Positions 21,901-33,500 of a stretch of 64,000 nt of DNA are shown piece after piece. Under the pieces are notes generated by a model. That model saw nothing but the letters and a program-made list of their open reading frames with translations. It was not told where the DNA came from and did not search any database. Position 1 is the first letter of the stretch; each line of letters starts with the position of its first letter. This DNA is from Amphiscolops sp. MND2022 (lineage: Eukaryota), in assembly GCA_964187785.1 (NCBI GenBank), contig OZ076409.1, positions 34,598,001-34,662,000 on the forward strand. The letters are read 5' to 3'. Made by a program: the position numbers and the translations under genes.

Positions 21901-24046
21901 TTTGTCCAAGTATTCGCGCATGAAACTAGAGAAGGCCGATAGGGCTCTGCTGAGGCCCGGTGCCAATCTTCTGTACGCGAAAGATCTGCTGGCAAAATTG
22001 AAAGCAAGCATTTCAATGGACCGTTGGTCCGCCATTTGTAGGCAATGGTAAGCTTGCGAACAGTCCAACTTACAGAATAGCTTCTTCCCAGCCATGTGTT
22101 GGGCCGCGTCTGTAAGCGTACTTACTGGATGGTTATTGTTGATGTAATCATCCGATATCAAGTTGTTTATTTTACGCAAGTCGACCAAAAGTCGCAGTTT
22201 GCCATTGGGTTTCTTTTGTGCAAAAATGGGGCTTGCGTACTTAGAGAATGGGAGTGTTGTAATGATCCCATAGCGATGTAGTAAGGCTAGTTCCACAAGG
22301 ATGTCTTCTTTGAGGTTAAATGGGGTTGGTAAACTTTGACTGTAGGCCGGAGAGTCGTCTTTCGAGGTCAATTTGGGTCAAGTCTTCGTTCATGACGATT
22401 TCAAATCGATGTCTTGCGAATATATCATGGAATTGAACACGTAGGTCTTCGATGCGGGCTATTTCAGCAGGTTGGAGCATAGAGTCTGTCCAATCAAAAT
22501 TGGATAGGAATTGACGTCTCGACTCAGAGTCGTTCTGAGGATTAAGTTTTTCCAATTCCTGGAGGTTGATCAGTTCTGACAAAATCCGTTTTTGAATCGG
22601 TGTATGATGCTGAGGATCCCCAGAGTCCTCTGGTGTTCGAAACCAGTAGTTTTCCTTGAAGTACTCAGGCTTAGTAGATTTGATCAAGCTGCTTGCATAG
22701 AAAGCAGCGTTTTCCGGATTGTCCTGCAAAACGTGCCAGGTGGTCACCGGGTCGATAGGTTTGACATATTTCATCTGTTCCGGCGTAAGGACAGTGAAAT
22801 TAGCAACTTGTGTACCTCTTTTAAGGGTATAGGGACTGTCGAAAAAATTGTTCAGGTGAACCGATACTCGACCATTGGTCAATGTGACTAGAGCAGCACA
22901 GAAAGCAATATCGCCATCATCCGTAAGGGTGTTGCTCGGTTGAAGGATCCCGGTAACTGTAGTATCCTCGTACAGTTGTGAAGCCATGAGGACCGAGTGT
23001 CGGTCATTAGGTGGGATGGTTACATCCTCTCTAATGCAAAGGGATTCCATGACATTTGTATATTTGTGATCTGCAGTTTTGAGCTGCATTGAGAAGAAAG
23101 GAAAATTTAGGACGCCTTGTCGCATGTCCAGAATGGTGTTATTCCTTTGAAGGAAAGAAAGACCAATTAATGGACTGGTGAGTTTCTCCATGACTATAAA
23201 GATTTCATAGAAATCTATGTCGCCGACTTCAAATTTCAATTCGACGGTGCTTTTAGGATCTTCCAGCTGTCCGTTTGCAACCATTATTTGGAAGTTGGGA
23301 GCTGGACCCTCTTTAATAATAGACTGAGGGGCCAATAATCGTATTTTACGTAGATCAGCTTCAGGGATTGCGCTAGATAGAGCTCCCGTGTCTACAAGGC
23401 CATCTAGTGTTAGTTCGCCAAAATCCATTGGAAAATAGAGCATTCGTCGTTTGTATTTGAGGCCAAGATTGGCAGTCAGCGGCACATAGTCCGGTTCCCC
23501 TGTTCTGGTGACCAGGGTGCTCACATAGCGTGCCGCAACGGCTGTGGCCAAGGAGACCTGTGGTCCCTCATGGTGAAATTCATCACCGACATTGGAGTGA
23601 GTGGTTTGATGGGCGAGCTGTGCGCCATGTTGCCATGGGTCAACTCGTGCTTTGGTAAGAACTGTATTTAGGGCTTGGTCAGATTCAAAAGAATCTGGTT
23701 CTATATTCGAGTTCTGTTTGTCAAAATTGTGGTAGAAGTACAGATGATATTGATTGTAGCAATTAGCGTCCCAATAGGGGTCAAAACCATAGCCGGGGTC
23801 AGGATAGTATGGGTTATAGTCATCAATGAGGGGTATAAGTCGTATAGTAGTAGTATCAGTTTGTAGTCTGTTGGACATAGAGTCCAAAGTGGTCTGAAAA
23901 TTAGGTGGAGTTTTCATCTGCTGCTGCCAGTCAGCTGATGAAGTTTCTTTAAGAGCTGTATAATACTCAGTGTAATATATATTTGGAGGGTCGGATATTA
24001 TGTACTGTCGTACACGGAGTTTTTCATGTAATTGGAGTCGTGGCAA
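18973..24046 (-). pseudogene. pol: Pol polyprotein (aspartic protease, dUTPase-like spacer, reverse transcriptase, RNase H, integrase), broken by frameshifts near 22370, 20050, 19745 and in the C-terminal tail
   Basis: PR LVDTGA; RT KLRLLVDLRKIN, KLDCSQAYH, YVDD; RH TDAS, KEFLAI, TDNKS, AADYLSR; IN HHCC (LHG...HPG...CEIC), TDKG, ERTHASL; tail RGGKYNLRP...YRY* ending at 18973. Confidence 0.95.
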
Positions 24047-24048
24047 AT

Positions 24049-25800
24049 CTAGTTTTTTGGATTCTTTAAGATGGACGTGGTTTGTTTATTTTTCACGTCG
24101 TCTTGGCTGGTGGACTTATCGGTGGCCGTGGTGTCATCCAGTTTAAGGTTTTTGGGCTTGAGGTGGGCTCCAGCGCCTTTCCAACATCGTTCCGCCGGGT
24201 GGTTCGTTTTGTCGCAAGTCGGACATTTGGGATATTCTTTCTTTGTATCCTGCCCTTCATTGCGGCGTTGTTCTTCCTTTCTTTTAAGTTTGCGGCAATC
24301 GTCTTTGACATGTCCAGGTTTCTTGCAATAGTTGCAAGTAATGTTTGGATCAATGCCAGAGGAAAGAAGGCCAGTTCCCGGTCGTGTTGCTGTAGGGGCA
24401 GTGGACATTGTTGGTACTGGAATGTCGTCCCCCTCCTCAAGTCCATTGAGCTCAAGCTCTCGTTCTAGATGGGTGACAATTTCCTCATAGGTGGCGTTTT
24501 CAAGTCTAGCCATATTGACGGAGCGTTTCAATTTTGGCGGCAACTTGGCATAGAGGAGACTATCGAACATGGCCTGGGCGTTCTGGCCAAACGCCTTTTC
24601 AGCTCCTTGGTTTAATTCCCCAAGGAAGTCGGGTAGTTTCATGGTGTTTGGATCAACCACCAATCTGTGCCATTTGTGTTTGGCGGTCGCCTGGGATTCA
24701 GGTTTAACGTATTTCCGACGAAATACAGCTAGAATGTCTTCCAATGTTTGCCTGTTTGCCGTATTGATGGTACGGAAAGTTTGTAACAGTGAATGAAAAA
24801 GATTGATTTTCATCGTTTCGGTCATATCAGGTTGCATTTTTATCATTGTGTGAAAGAGATCTTCAAAAAGTTCGAATTTCTCTGATTTGCCGTCGAAAGT
24901 CAGTGTAGTCGTGCTGACTGGGCGTACCATCAGTGTTTGTGCTGATGGACGGCTGTTCATGCCGACTAGTACTTCTGCAAGACGGTTAATGGGATCAGAA
25001 GGAACAGTTGGTGTTGTGGTCTCAGGGACCTGGGGAATTGTATCCTGAGACTCGTCATTGTTGGAATTTTGACGTTGCAGGGGATCTCGAGATAGCATGG
25101 GACGTCCAGTGAGAAACTCGGGAACCATATGTGGGGTAGGTTTGGCTCCTGTCACCATGTCGCGATTTTGTTCGCTATTTGTAGAGTTTGTTGAACTCTG
25201 TCTAGACCTCAGTCTACTATTTTCCTGTGTAAAACATGTTCTAGAACGGTTTTCCCACGTTTTCTGCGAATTTCCTACTTCGGCGTTCCACTGTAGCCTA
25301 CTGGACCTTCGGTCCTTTAATGTGAAATCGGTCGACCTTGTGCTAGGATGTGGCCCGTTGAACTCCCGGTCCACCATGGTGAAATTAGGTCTCCCCTGCA
25401 TTTCTAGTGTATTTTGGATGGAAGGAAGCACTGTACTTGTTATTGCAGCTGTAATTGCATCCTTAATTTGGGAATTCAAACCAGTTTTAATTTCATTGAG
25501 TTTTCTAGACATTTGATTGGAAATTTCCTCGCTTATCAACCTAGAAGTCTCAATTGTATTTTCACTGTTTTCCCTGCTGTTGGTATTAAGTAAGGACCTA
25601 AAATCTTCTCCTATAGCATTTGAGCTTTGTTGTGGTCTGCTAGACCCTGAGTCCAAATTCACTTCATTTTCGCTAACATTATTCTCTTCATCTTCCCTAG
25701 AATAACTTCCAAGCATTATGTCAACATTTTCTACATCGGACAGCATGTCCAACTGTCTAGAACGACGTTCTTTAGCCTTTTGCTTTCTCGTGGAAGGCAT
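24049..25800 (-). CDS. gag: Gag polyprotein (583 aa) with two CCHC zinc knuckles; first ~214 codons lie inside the 5' LTR
   Basis: CNYCKKPGHVKDDC and CPTCDKTNHPAERC; capsid-like FDGKSEKFELFEDLF region; directly upstream of pol. Confidence 0.93.
   Translation of the reverse strand: MPSTRKQKAKERRSRQLDMLSDVENVDIMLGSYSREDEENNVSENEVNLDSGSSRPQQSSNAIGEDFRSLLNTNSRENSENTIETSRLISEEISNQMSRKLNEIKTGLNSQIKDAITAAITSTVLPSIQNTLEMQGRPNFTMVDREFNGPHPSTRSTDFTLKDRRSSRLQWNAEVGNSQKTWENRSRTCFTQENSRLRSRQSSTNSTNSEQNRDMVTGAKPTPHMVPEFLTGRPMLSRDPLQRQNSNNDESQDTIPQVPETTTPTVPSDPINRLAEVLVGMNSRPSAQTLMVRPVSTTTLTFDGKSEKFELFEDLFHTMIKMQPDMTETMKINLFHSLLQTFRTINTANRQTLEDILAVFRRKYVKPESQATAKHKWHRLVVDPNTMKLPDFLGELNQGAEKAFGQNAQAMFDSLLYAKLPPKLKRSVNMARLENATYEEIVTHLERELELNGLEEGDDIPVPTMSTAPTATRPGTGLLSSGIDPNITCNYCKKPGHVKDDCRKLKRKEEQRRNEGQDTKKEYPKCPTCDKTNHPAERCWKGAGAHLKPKNLKLDDTTATDKSTSQDDVKNKQTTSILKNPKN
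24052..24058 (-). other. Putative -1 ribosomal frameshift heptamer A AAA AAC at the gag-pol junction
   Basis: CCA AAA AAC TAG at the end of gag; the pol ORF is in the -1 frame. Confidence 0.75.
25146..25157 (-). other. Primer-binding site TGGTGACAGGAG (tRNA-Leu-like), translated as part of gag (MVTG)
   Basis: Follows the LTR-terminal CA; same 12 nt as the element A PBS. Confidence 0.85.
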
Positions 25801-26794
25801 GAGAAGGTGATTTGAGTTTCAAAGTTAATTGCAAATATCAACTAACAAGATAATCCAAATCAACAAAGTATGTATTAGCAGAGTTTTAAACTCAAGGTTC
25901 AGTATCGTGACAATATTATATCGACTTGTTTGTATCAAGATTGTGAAAGTTTTTGTCCTCTCTCTCCAGTGTTCCCGCTATTTATAGTTTGGGTGGGGTT
26001 GCACACAGAATTATGCGAGTCATGGTTCTAAAAATAGCAATAGGTGGGGTTTTAGAACAGTTCTAGGGACATTACGTCACTATTTCATCATGTGTATAAG
26101 GACAAAAATAGCATCAAAGAGAAGTGGCTAAAGGTTGTAGTTGGAGATTATGACGTAATTTAAATATGCATGGAGGAATATTATTATGCCTGAAAATACT
26201 ATTTACATGTTTATATTTCCAATAATAACACTACATGTTATTAGAATAATCACAAACAGTGTGATCGGCAATTACGCCAAATCGGACGTAACGTCCATGT
26301 GGCGTCACCAATTGTATAGCCAGTTCGATTTGATTGGTTAATATAGCACTCGACGTTGCGTACAATCAGCCACAACAACAGTACATTTGAACACGTTTCC
26401 TTACTGCGCTTCAATTGCATTCTAATACAGCATTCAAATTGATCATTTTACATTGCTAATTCCAATTCATTTGGTACATTACTATTTCAACAATAATCAA
26501 CAGGTAAATCAAGCACAAACCAACTATAATATTAAGCAACGGTAAATTACATAAAGTAGAGTGTTTTGTGATTAATTTTAACACAATTGTTTGATGAGGC
26601 CGTATCGACCTAAAGTCCTTTATGTTTTGGACGCAGTTTCTCTATATTTGCCTCAATTTGAGTGAGGCCATCCGTACCATCGGTCCATTGTTGTCAAACT
26701 TTCTAAATAGGGAGTACTCCTGGCGGGGGGTTAGATAGATCGTTTACTGAAGGGATCTGGTAGTAATTGCCGTCACAGGCGGCAGCCTGCGACA
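25158..26794 (-). repeat. Element B 5' LTR (1637 bp)
   Basis: Direct repeat of 10789-12424, followed by the PBS. Confidence 0.96.
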
Positions 26795-27478
26795 TGTGAA
26801 TTCTGAAAAACTCCTGCTGTACGATTCTTTAAACAATCGAATTTGAAATTTAGCTTTTTGTTTATACAAAAAAGCCGTTACAAAACAAGTTGAACTTTCT
26901 TTAGTTGCAAGATATACAAAAATTGATATTAAAAAGGGCTTCTCCAAAGCGCCTTGGACATAAGGGGCGATTTTATAGTTCTTGGAATTGATGTTGAATT
27001 ATGTTCGAGTTGATTTTTCACGCCTCTATTGAAACCTAATTCAGTGTGTCTTCAATGATTGTATTAACTCACGGGAAAAAGCTTTAAATTTTTCATACTT
27101 TTAAAAGCCCAATTAAAAACCAGTTAAACTGGAAAGTTTGTCAATTATGAATAAATTGTATATATTTTCAAATCTAGCTTTTCAATTTCAAAAATATAGA
27201 ACTGCTAATTATTCAATGAGAAAGAGGAACTTCACGTTGGTTGGTTGTGGGAAAAAGTTATCAAATCGCCAAAATGTTATCAAGAAACAAACACAGAGGC
27301 AATGCTCAAAATTTATGTGGTGATTAGATTACTGTTAAAAAAATTATTATTAGCAAATTTGGGGCTATGAGAATGTCGCTTTAAAAATTCTGAAAACAGT
27401 GTAACGTCATCCTGTGATCAACGAAATTTTGGCAAATTTTGAAAAATTCGTTTAAAACTGACGTGGCACTTGAACATG

Positions 27479-27755
27479 GTTTTGGCAAAGTACCTGTCAG
27501 CAGAAAGCATAAAGAGATAGCAAGAACGGTGCCCGCGCGAAAAGAGAGCGAAAAAGAACGCGTAACCAAGCACGAATTGGTCAAAAAGACAGCAAAAGTG
27601 CCGATATCCACGGTGTTTGCCTGCTGAATCACGGTTTTGCCGGACTGATCCGGAAAGCAGCATGACGGCTTAATTGCAGTACCCGTGCCCGGGGGTTGTG
27701 CCCAGCTCGAGCGCTGGTGCCATGCGACGCTGGTACCCACCCACTTTGCCAAAAC
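27479..27755. mobile_element. Possible MITE / non-autonomous DNA transposon (about 280 bp)
   Basis: Perfect 13-bp inverted repeat GTTTTGGCAAAGT (27479-27491) / ACTTTGCCAAAAC (27743-27755) around a GC-richer island; no clean TSD. Confidence 0.35.
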
Positions 27756-30554
27756 TGGACTTTATTGTAGTAATTGACCTATTTGTTTGATTAATTGTTA
27801 GCTCGAGGGCTACTCTTAAATGTGTGAAATTCAGTTCTAAACTACCTTGTTGTTTTTATGAGCTATTTACGCAATGGTTGTGAGAAGATTGCACAATTCC
27901 TGTGATTTTTAGCAGTTACAGACTGGTACCAGGACAGAGAGCGTCCCTAGAGACGGTTCCCTCTCCTCGGGACCGGCTATCCTTAGGAGGACAAAGTGAG
28001 CTGATGTCATGGTGGTTAGTAGTTACCGTAGCATGCTAACTATTGATTTCGTTAGTGAAGCCAAAAAAATCAGAACATCGCGTAAAGCCTTAATTATCGA
28101 CCAACCAGATCATCGATGCAAAGTCAAGTTTTTGCACAGTTTCTCAGTTTCTCCTTATTGAGCGATTGCTTCAGTGAATCGTCTCCTCGTTTTAAATTGT
28201 TTATGTCTGTTGCCTGAGTTGGAAATTTCATACCCTTTGAAACATTCGAAGTTTGTTTCTGAATTGCATAGATTGGTCGAATTTTGTCGTTTTAGGGCAT
28301 TTTTGACCAAAAACCTTCAGGTTTTTTTTTACCTCAAAACGCGTGCTGTGTAGTTGATTCTTTCGTCTTTATATTCCTAATAGTTCATTGTTTCAGTGTA
28401 CCCACGAAAACAATCAAAAATATGAGATATGGTAACGTATGAAGTATGGGATGGAAAACAAAAATGTGTAACTTAATTTTTATGTGTGTATATTCAAGTA
28501 AACCCTGAGGGATCTCGAAGTTCACCAAACAATAAACCACAATCGAATATATTATTATTATAATGTTTCGTAACTGAAAGTACTTGACTGATTCAAAACA
28601 AATTATCAACTGCTTAAAACCTTTGTCCAGGGGAGTAATACTTTTGAACAAATTGCTTCGGCGGATATTACTAAACTGTCTTGAAACAGCTCAATCCGCA
28701 ACCATTGTCTACAAAACTGCAGTTTCAGCTGGGAGTTTCAGCTGGAAACAGAATGTCGACATTCTAGGAGTTAGTCAGTTGTAACTACTCTCCAACCGAA
28801 TTCGTTAACGTTGACTCTGGAAGCAATACAGGTTGCGGAGTTTGCCTGATAACGGAGTTACAGTTGAACATAGAAACATGCGCTTTTATATTGCAGTTTG
28901 ACGCTACAGTTGCCTTCACACTTCATACATTTCCCATGGTGTACTGAGTTCTTCAATTAAGCCAACTGTCTAGCAATCGGGAAGAACGAGCATTAATTGC
29001 AAAAGTTCCAAAATCAAAAGACAAAATGAAACTTTACGTTTCCGCTGTTTTCTTCTATTCAAAATCAAGCTGAAACTTACCAATTTCCTAACACATATTA
29101 TCCTCTCATCTTGTTATAATGAATTAAATCTACCATATATTACTAATTATTGCACACGTTGAAACAATTATAATAGGAAGATTCTTCAACCGGAAGGTGA
29201 CTTGATATTTTTACGCGTGTTATCCTAAACTGGATTGTCTTGGGAGATGGATGCATTGTTGGGCATTGATGTTGACATGACCTCTACCCCTGACCCCTTC
29301 CTCAAGTGCCATGACGTTCAGGAGTATTTCGTCAAAGAGACAGGTGGGATACTACGTCACTGATTAATTATAAAAGTACACTAATGACACAACCATCACG
29401 CTGACTTACCAAAAAACAACAAGGACATTCCGTTACATTTGCCGAGCAGTTATGAATGAAAATGACTTCATTAATGTGAAATATATTTAACGGTTGAATA
29501 GTTTAAAGGTTATAGCCTGGTGAATGAAAAAATATATAATTATTGTTAAAATTTCATGGGGCACTGTGGCATAATGCTGTTGTATTCTAGACTTGTAAGA
29601 TAAAACAGTTTTCTAAAATAATCTCTTTATATACCAAACTAACTCTAGCGTACAATAACGCTTAACAATCAATATTTTAAACGCAACTAGCAACTACAAC
29701 AATAAAGCGCTTAACAAAAATACCTGAACTAATAAAAAGCTCAACAATCACCCCAGGGCTACAGTGCCGTTTTTATATAAAAAACCTGCAGAAATACAAA
29801 GCATAACAATCACCTTTGTGTCACAGCGCAGTTTATGACTAAAAAACACCTGAATTAATAAAATGCTCAATAATCACACCGAGCTTCAGGGCAGTTTGTA
29901 TTTAAAACACCTGCAAAAACGAAGCAGGATATTGAACTAACCTGGAGAGGGAGAAAGGTGGTGAATAACAATTGATTAAGTAGGGCAGCCGGCAGAAAAA
30001 GGGAAGCCGCAGAATAATAAAGTACGTAGACGAGGGATACAAATACCGCAGGATTGCACAAATTGAAAAATTCTACTTTTTACAGCGGTAATTCAAAATC
30101 TAAAGCTAATCTGTGATTCGCTGAATGCACAACAGGCCACCCAGGCACTTCAGCAGAAGTAGTGAACTGTTCTATACGGCGTGCATAGGCTGCAGCTTTG
30201 CTCTTCCAGTCAACCGGCAAAGCCTCCACTTAAAGAGGCTCTCTCCGTTTCTCGCTTCTCCCTCTCTTCCCTTCACTTGCTCCAACTCTACTTCTCTTAT
30301 CTTCATCAAATTCTTGAATTATTTCCCTCTTGGAGTTTAGAAGTCTATCTCCTTTTCTTCCCCTCTTTTGCTTTGGCTCCCAGCCCAACACAGTTTCTCT
30401 TGTCACAAATTTGCTAAGGCACACTCCTCCTAGCTGAATTTTCTAGCTCAGAAAATCCTCTTCTACTCGACAGAAGGTCCCCGGGTTGGTAGGTGGAAAA
30501 TAACTTAGTCTTTTTGGTGGATATGTCTGATTCTCCCTTTTCTGACTAAATTCT

Positions 30555-33500
30555 AAATTCCCCTGATTCTTATCTGCGGTTATTTAATTTCTATCATCGA
30601 AAAATTCCGCTGATTCTATTCTGCGATTAATTCATTTCGATCTTAGAAAAATTCTCTGATTCAATTCTGCGGTTGTTTCATTTCTATCTTAGAAAAACTC
30701 CGCTGATTCCATTGATTCTATTCTGCGGTTGTTTCGTTTCTTTCTTAGAAAAATTCCGCTGATTCTATTCTGCGGTTATTTCATTTCTATCTTACAAAAT
30801 TTCTCTGATTCAATTCTGCGGTTGTTTCATTTCTATCTTAGAAAAACTTCGCAGACTCTATTCTGCGGTTATTTCATTGCTATCTTGGAAAAATTCCAAT
30901 GATACTATTCTGCGGTTATTTCATTTCTATCTTAAAAAAGATCCGCTTATTCAATTCTGCAGTTATTTCATTTCTATTCTAGAAAAGTTCTGCTGATTCT
31001 TTTCTGTCGTTTTGTTCATTTCTATCTTAGAAAAATGCTGTTGATTCTATTCTGCGGTTATTTCATTTCTATCTCAGAAAAATTTCGCTGACTCAATTCT
31101 GCGGTTTCTTTCGTTTCTATCTAAGAAAAATTCCGCTGATTCTATTCTGCGGTTATTTCATTATAATCATCTCAGAAACATTCCGCTGGTTCTTTTCTGC
31201 GGTTAATTCATTTCTAACTTAGAAAAATTCTGTTGACTCCATTCTGCGATTATTTCATTTCTCTTTTAGAAAAATTCCGCTGATTTTATTCTGCGGTTTC
31301 TTTTGTTTCTTTCTTAGAAAAATTCCGTTGATTCTATTCCGCGGTTATTTATTTTCTATCTAAGAAAAATTCCGCTGATTCTATTCTGCGGTTATTTCAT
31401 TTCTATTTTAGAAAAGTTCCGCTGATTCTATTCTGCGGTGATTTTTTTCCTATCTTAGAAAAATTCTGCTGATTCTATTCTGCGGTTTTTTTTCAATCTT
31501 CGAAAAATTCCGCTGATTCTATTCTGCCATTGTTTCATTTCTATCTTAGAAAAATTTCGCTGATTCTATTCTGGGTTTTCTTTCGTTTCTATCTTAGAAA
31601 GATTCCGCTGATTTTATTCTGCGGTTATTTCATTTCTATCTTAGAAAAAATCCGTTGATTCTATTCGGGGTTTTCTTTCGTTTCTATCTTAGAAAGATTC
31701 CGCTGATTTTATTCTGCGGTTATTTCATTTCTATCTTAAAAAAATGCTGTTGATTCTATTCTGCGGTTATTTCATTTCTATCTCAGAAAAATTCCGTTGA
31801 CTCTATTCTGCGATTATTTCATTTCTCTTTTAGAAAAATTCCGCTGATTTTATTCTGCGGTTTCTTTTGTTTCTTTCTTAGAAAAATTCCGTTGATTCTA
31901 TTCTGCGGTTATTTAATTTCTATCTAAGAAAAATTCCGCTGATTCTATTCTGCGGTTATTTCATTTCTATTTTAGAAAGTTTCCGCTGATTCTATTCTGC
32001 GGTGATTTTTTTCCTATCTTAGAAAAATTCTGCTGATTCTATTCTGCGGTTATTTTTTTCAATCTTCGAAAAATTCCGCTGATTCTATTCTGCGATTGTT
32101 TCATTTCTATCTTAGAAACATTTCGCTGATCCTATTCTGGGTTTTCTTTCGTTTCTATCTTAGAAAGATTCCGCTGATTTTATTCTGCGGTTATTTCATT
32201 TCTATCTTAGAAAAAATCCGTTGATTCTATTCTGCGGTTATTTCATTTTTATCATCTCAGAAACATTCCGCTGGTTCTATTCTGCAGTTATTTCATTTCT
32301 ATCTTAGAAAAATTCCTCTGATTCTTTTCTGCGGTTTTTTCAATTCTATCTTAAGAAAAATTCGGCTGATTTTATTCTGCGGTTGATTTATTCCTATCTT
32401 AGAAAACTTCCGCTGATTCTTTTCTGCGATTATTTCATTTCTATCTTAGAAAAATTCCGCTTATACTATTCTGTAGTTATTTCATTTCTATCTTAGAAAA
32501 TCTCAGCTGATTCTATACTGCGGTTATTTCATTTCTATCTTAGAAAAATTCCGCTGATTCTATTCTGCGGTTATTTCATTTCTATCTTAGAAAAATTCCT
32601 CTGATTCTTTTCTGCGGTTTTTTCAATTCTATCTTAAGAAAAATTCGGCTGATTTTATTCTGCGGTTGATTTATTCCTATCTTAGAAAACTTCCGCTGAT
32701 TCTTTTCTGCGATTATTTCATTTCTATCTTAGAAAAATTCCGCTTATACTATTCTGTAGTTATTTCATTTCTATCTTAGAAAATCTCAGCTGATTCTATA
32801 CTGCGGTTATTTCATTTCTATCTTAGAAAAATTCCGCTGATTCTATTCTGCGGTAGTTTTATTCCTATCTTAGAAAATTCCGCTGACTCTATTCTGCGGT
32901 TATTTCTTTTCAATCTTAGAAAAATTCCGCTAATTCTTTTCTGCGGTTTTTTCGTTTCTATCTTAGAAAAATTCCGCTTATACTAGTCTGCAGTTATTTC
33001 ATTTCTATCTTGGAAAAATTCTGTTAATTCTATTCTGTGGGTTTTTCATTTCTGTCTGAGCAAAATTCCGTTGATTTTATTTTCTGATTGTTTCTTTTCT
33101 ATCTTAGAAAAACTCCGCTCATTCTAATCTGCAGTTATTTCATTTCTATCTATGAAAAATTCCGCTGACGCTATCCTGCAGTTATTTCCTTTCTGTCTTA
33201 GAAATATTCCGCTGTATCTATTCTGCGGTTATTTCATTTCTGTCGTAGTAAAATTCCGCTGATTCTATTCTGCGGTTTTTTCATTTCTATCTTAGAAAAA
33301 TTCCGCCGATTCTATTCTGCGTATTTCAATCATCTCAGAAAAGTTCCGCTGATTCTATTCTGCGGTTAATTCATTTCTATTTAAGAAAATTCCGCTGATT
33401 CTATCCTGCGATTATTTCATTTCTGTCTTAGAAATATTCCGCTGATACTATTCTGCGGTTAATTCATTTCTAACTTAGAAAATTTCCGTTGATTGTATTC

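Larger units (their letters stand above)
10789..26794 (-). mobile_element. Element B: full-length (16.0 kb) Ty3/Gypsy LTR retrotransposon with gag, pol, an antisense spliced gene and ORF3
   Basis: 1.64-kb LTRs with TGTCGC...GCGACA ends, 5-bp TSD, PBS, PPT and pol domain order PR-RT-RH-IN. Confidence 0.97.

Noticed and set aside
19314..25705. Plus-strand ORFs opposite gag/pol, and other short ORFs opposite the accessory genes
   Set aside because: Shadow frames of coding sequence with no motifs; duplicated ones simply reflect the LTR duplication.
30125..30540. Pyrimidine-rich stretch with short ORFs next to the satellite start
   Set aside because: No recognisable domain and contains stops; may be a decayed retroelement fragment but cannot be supported.
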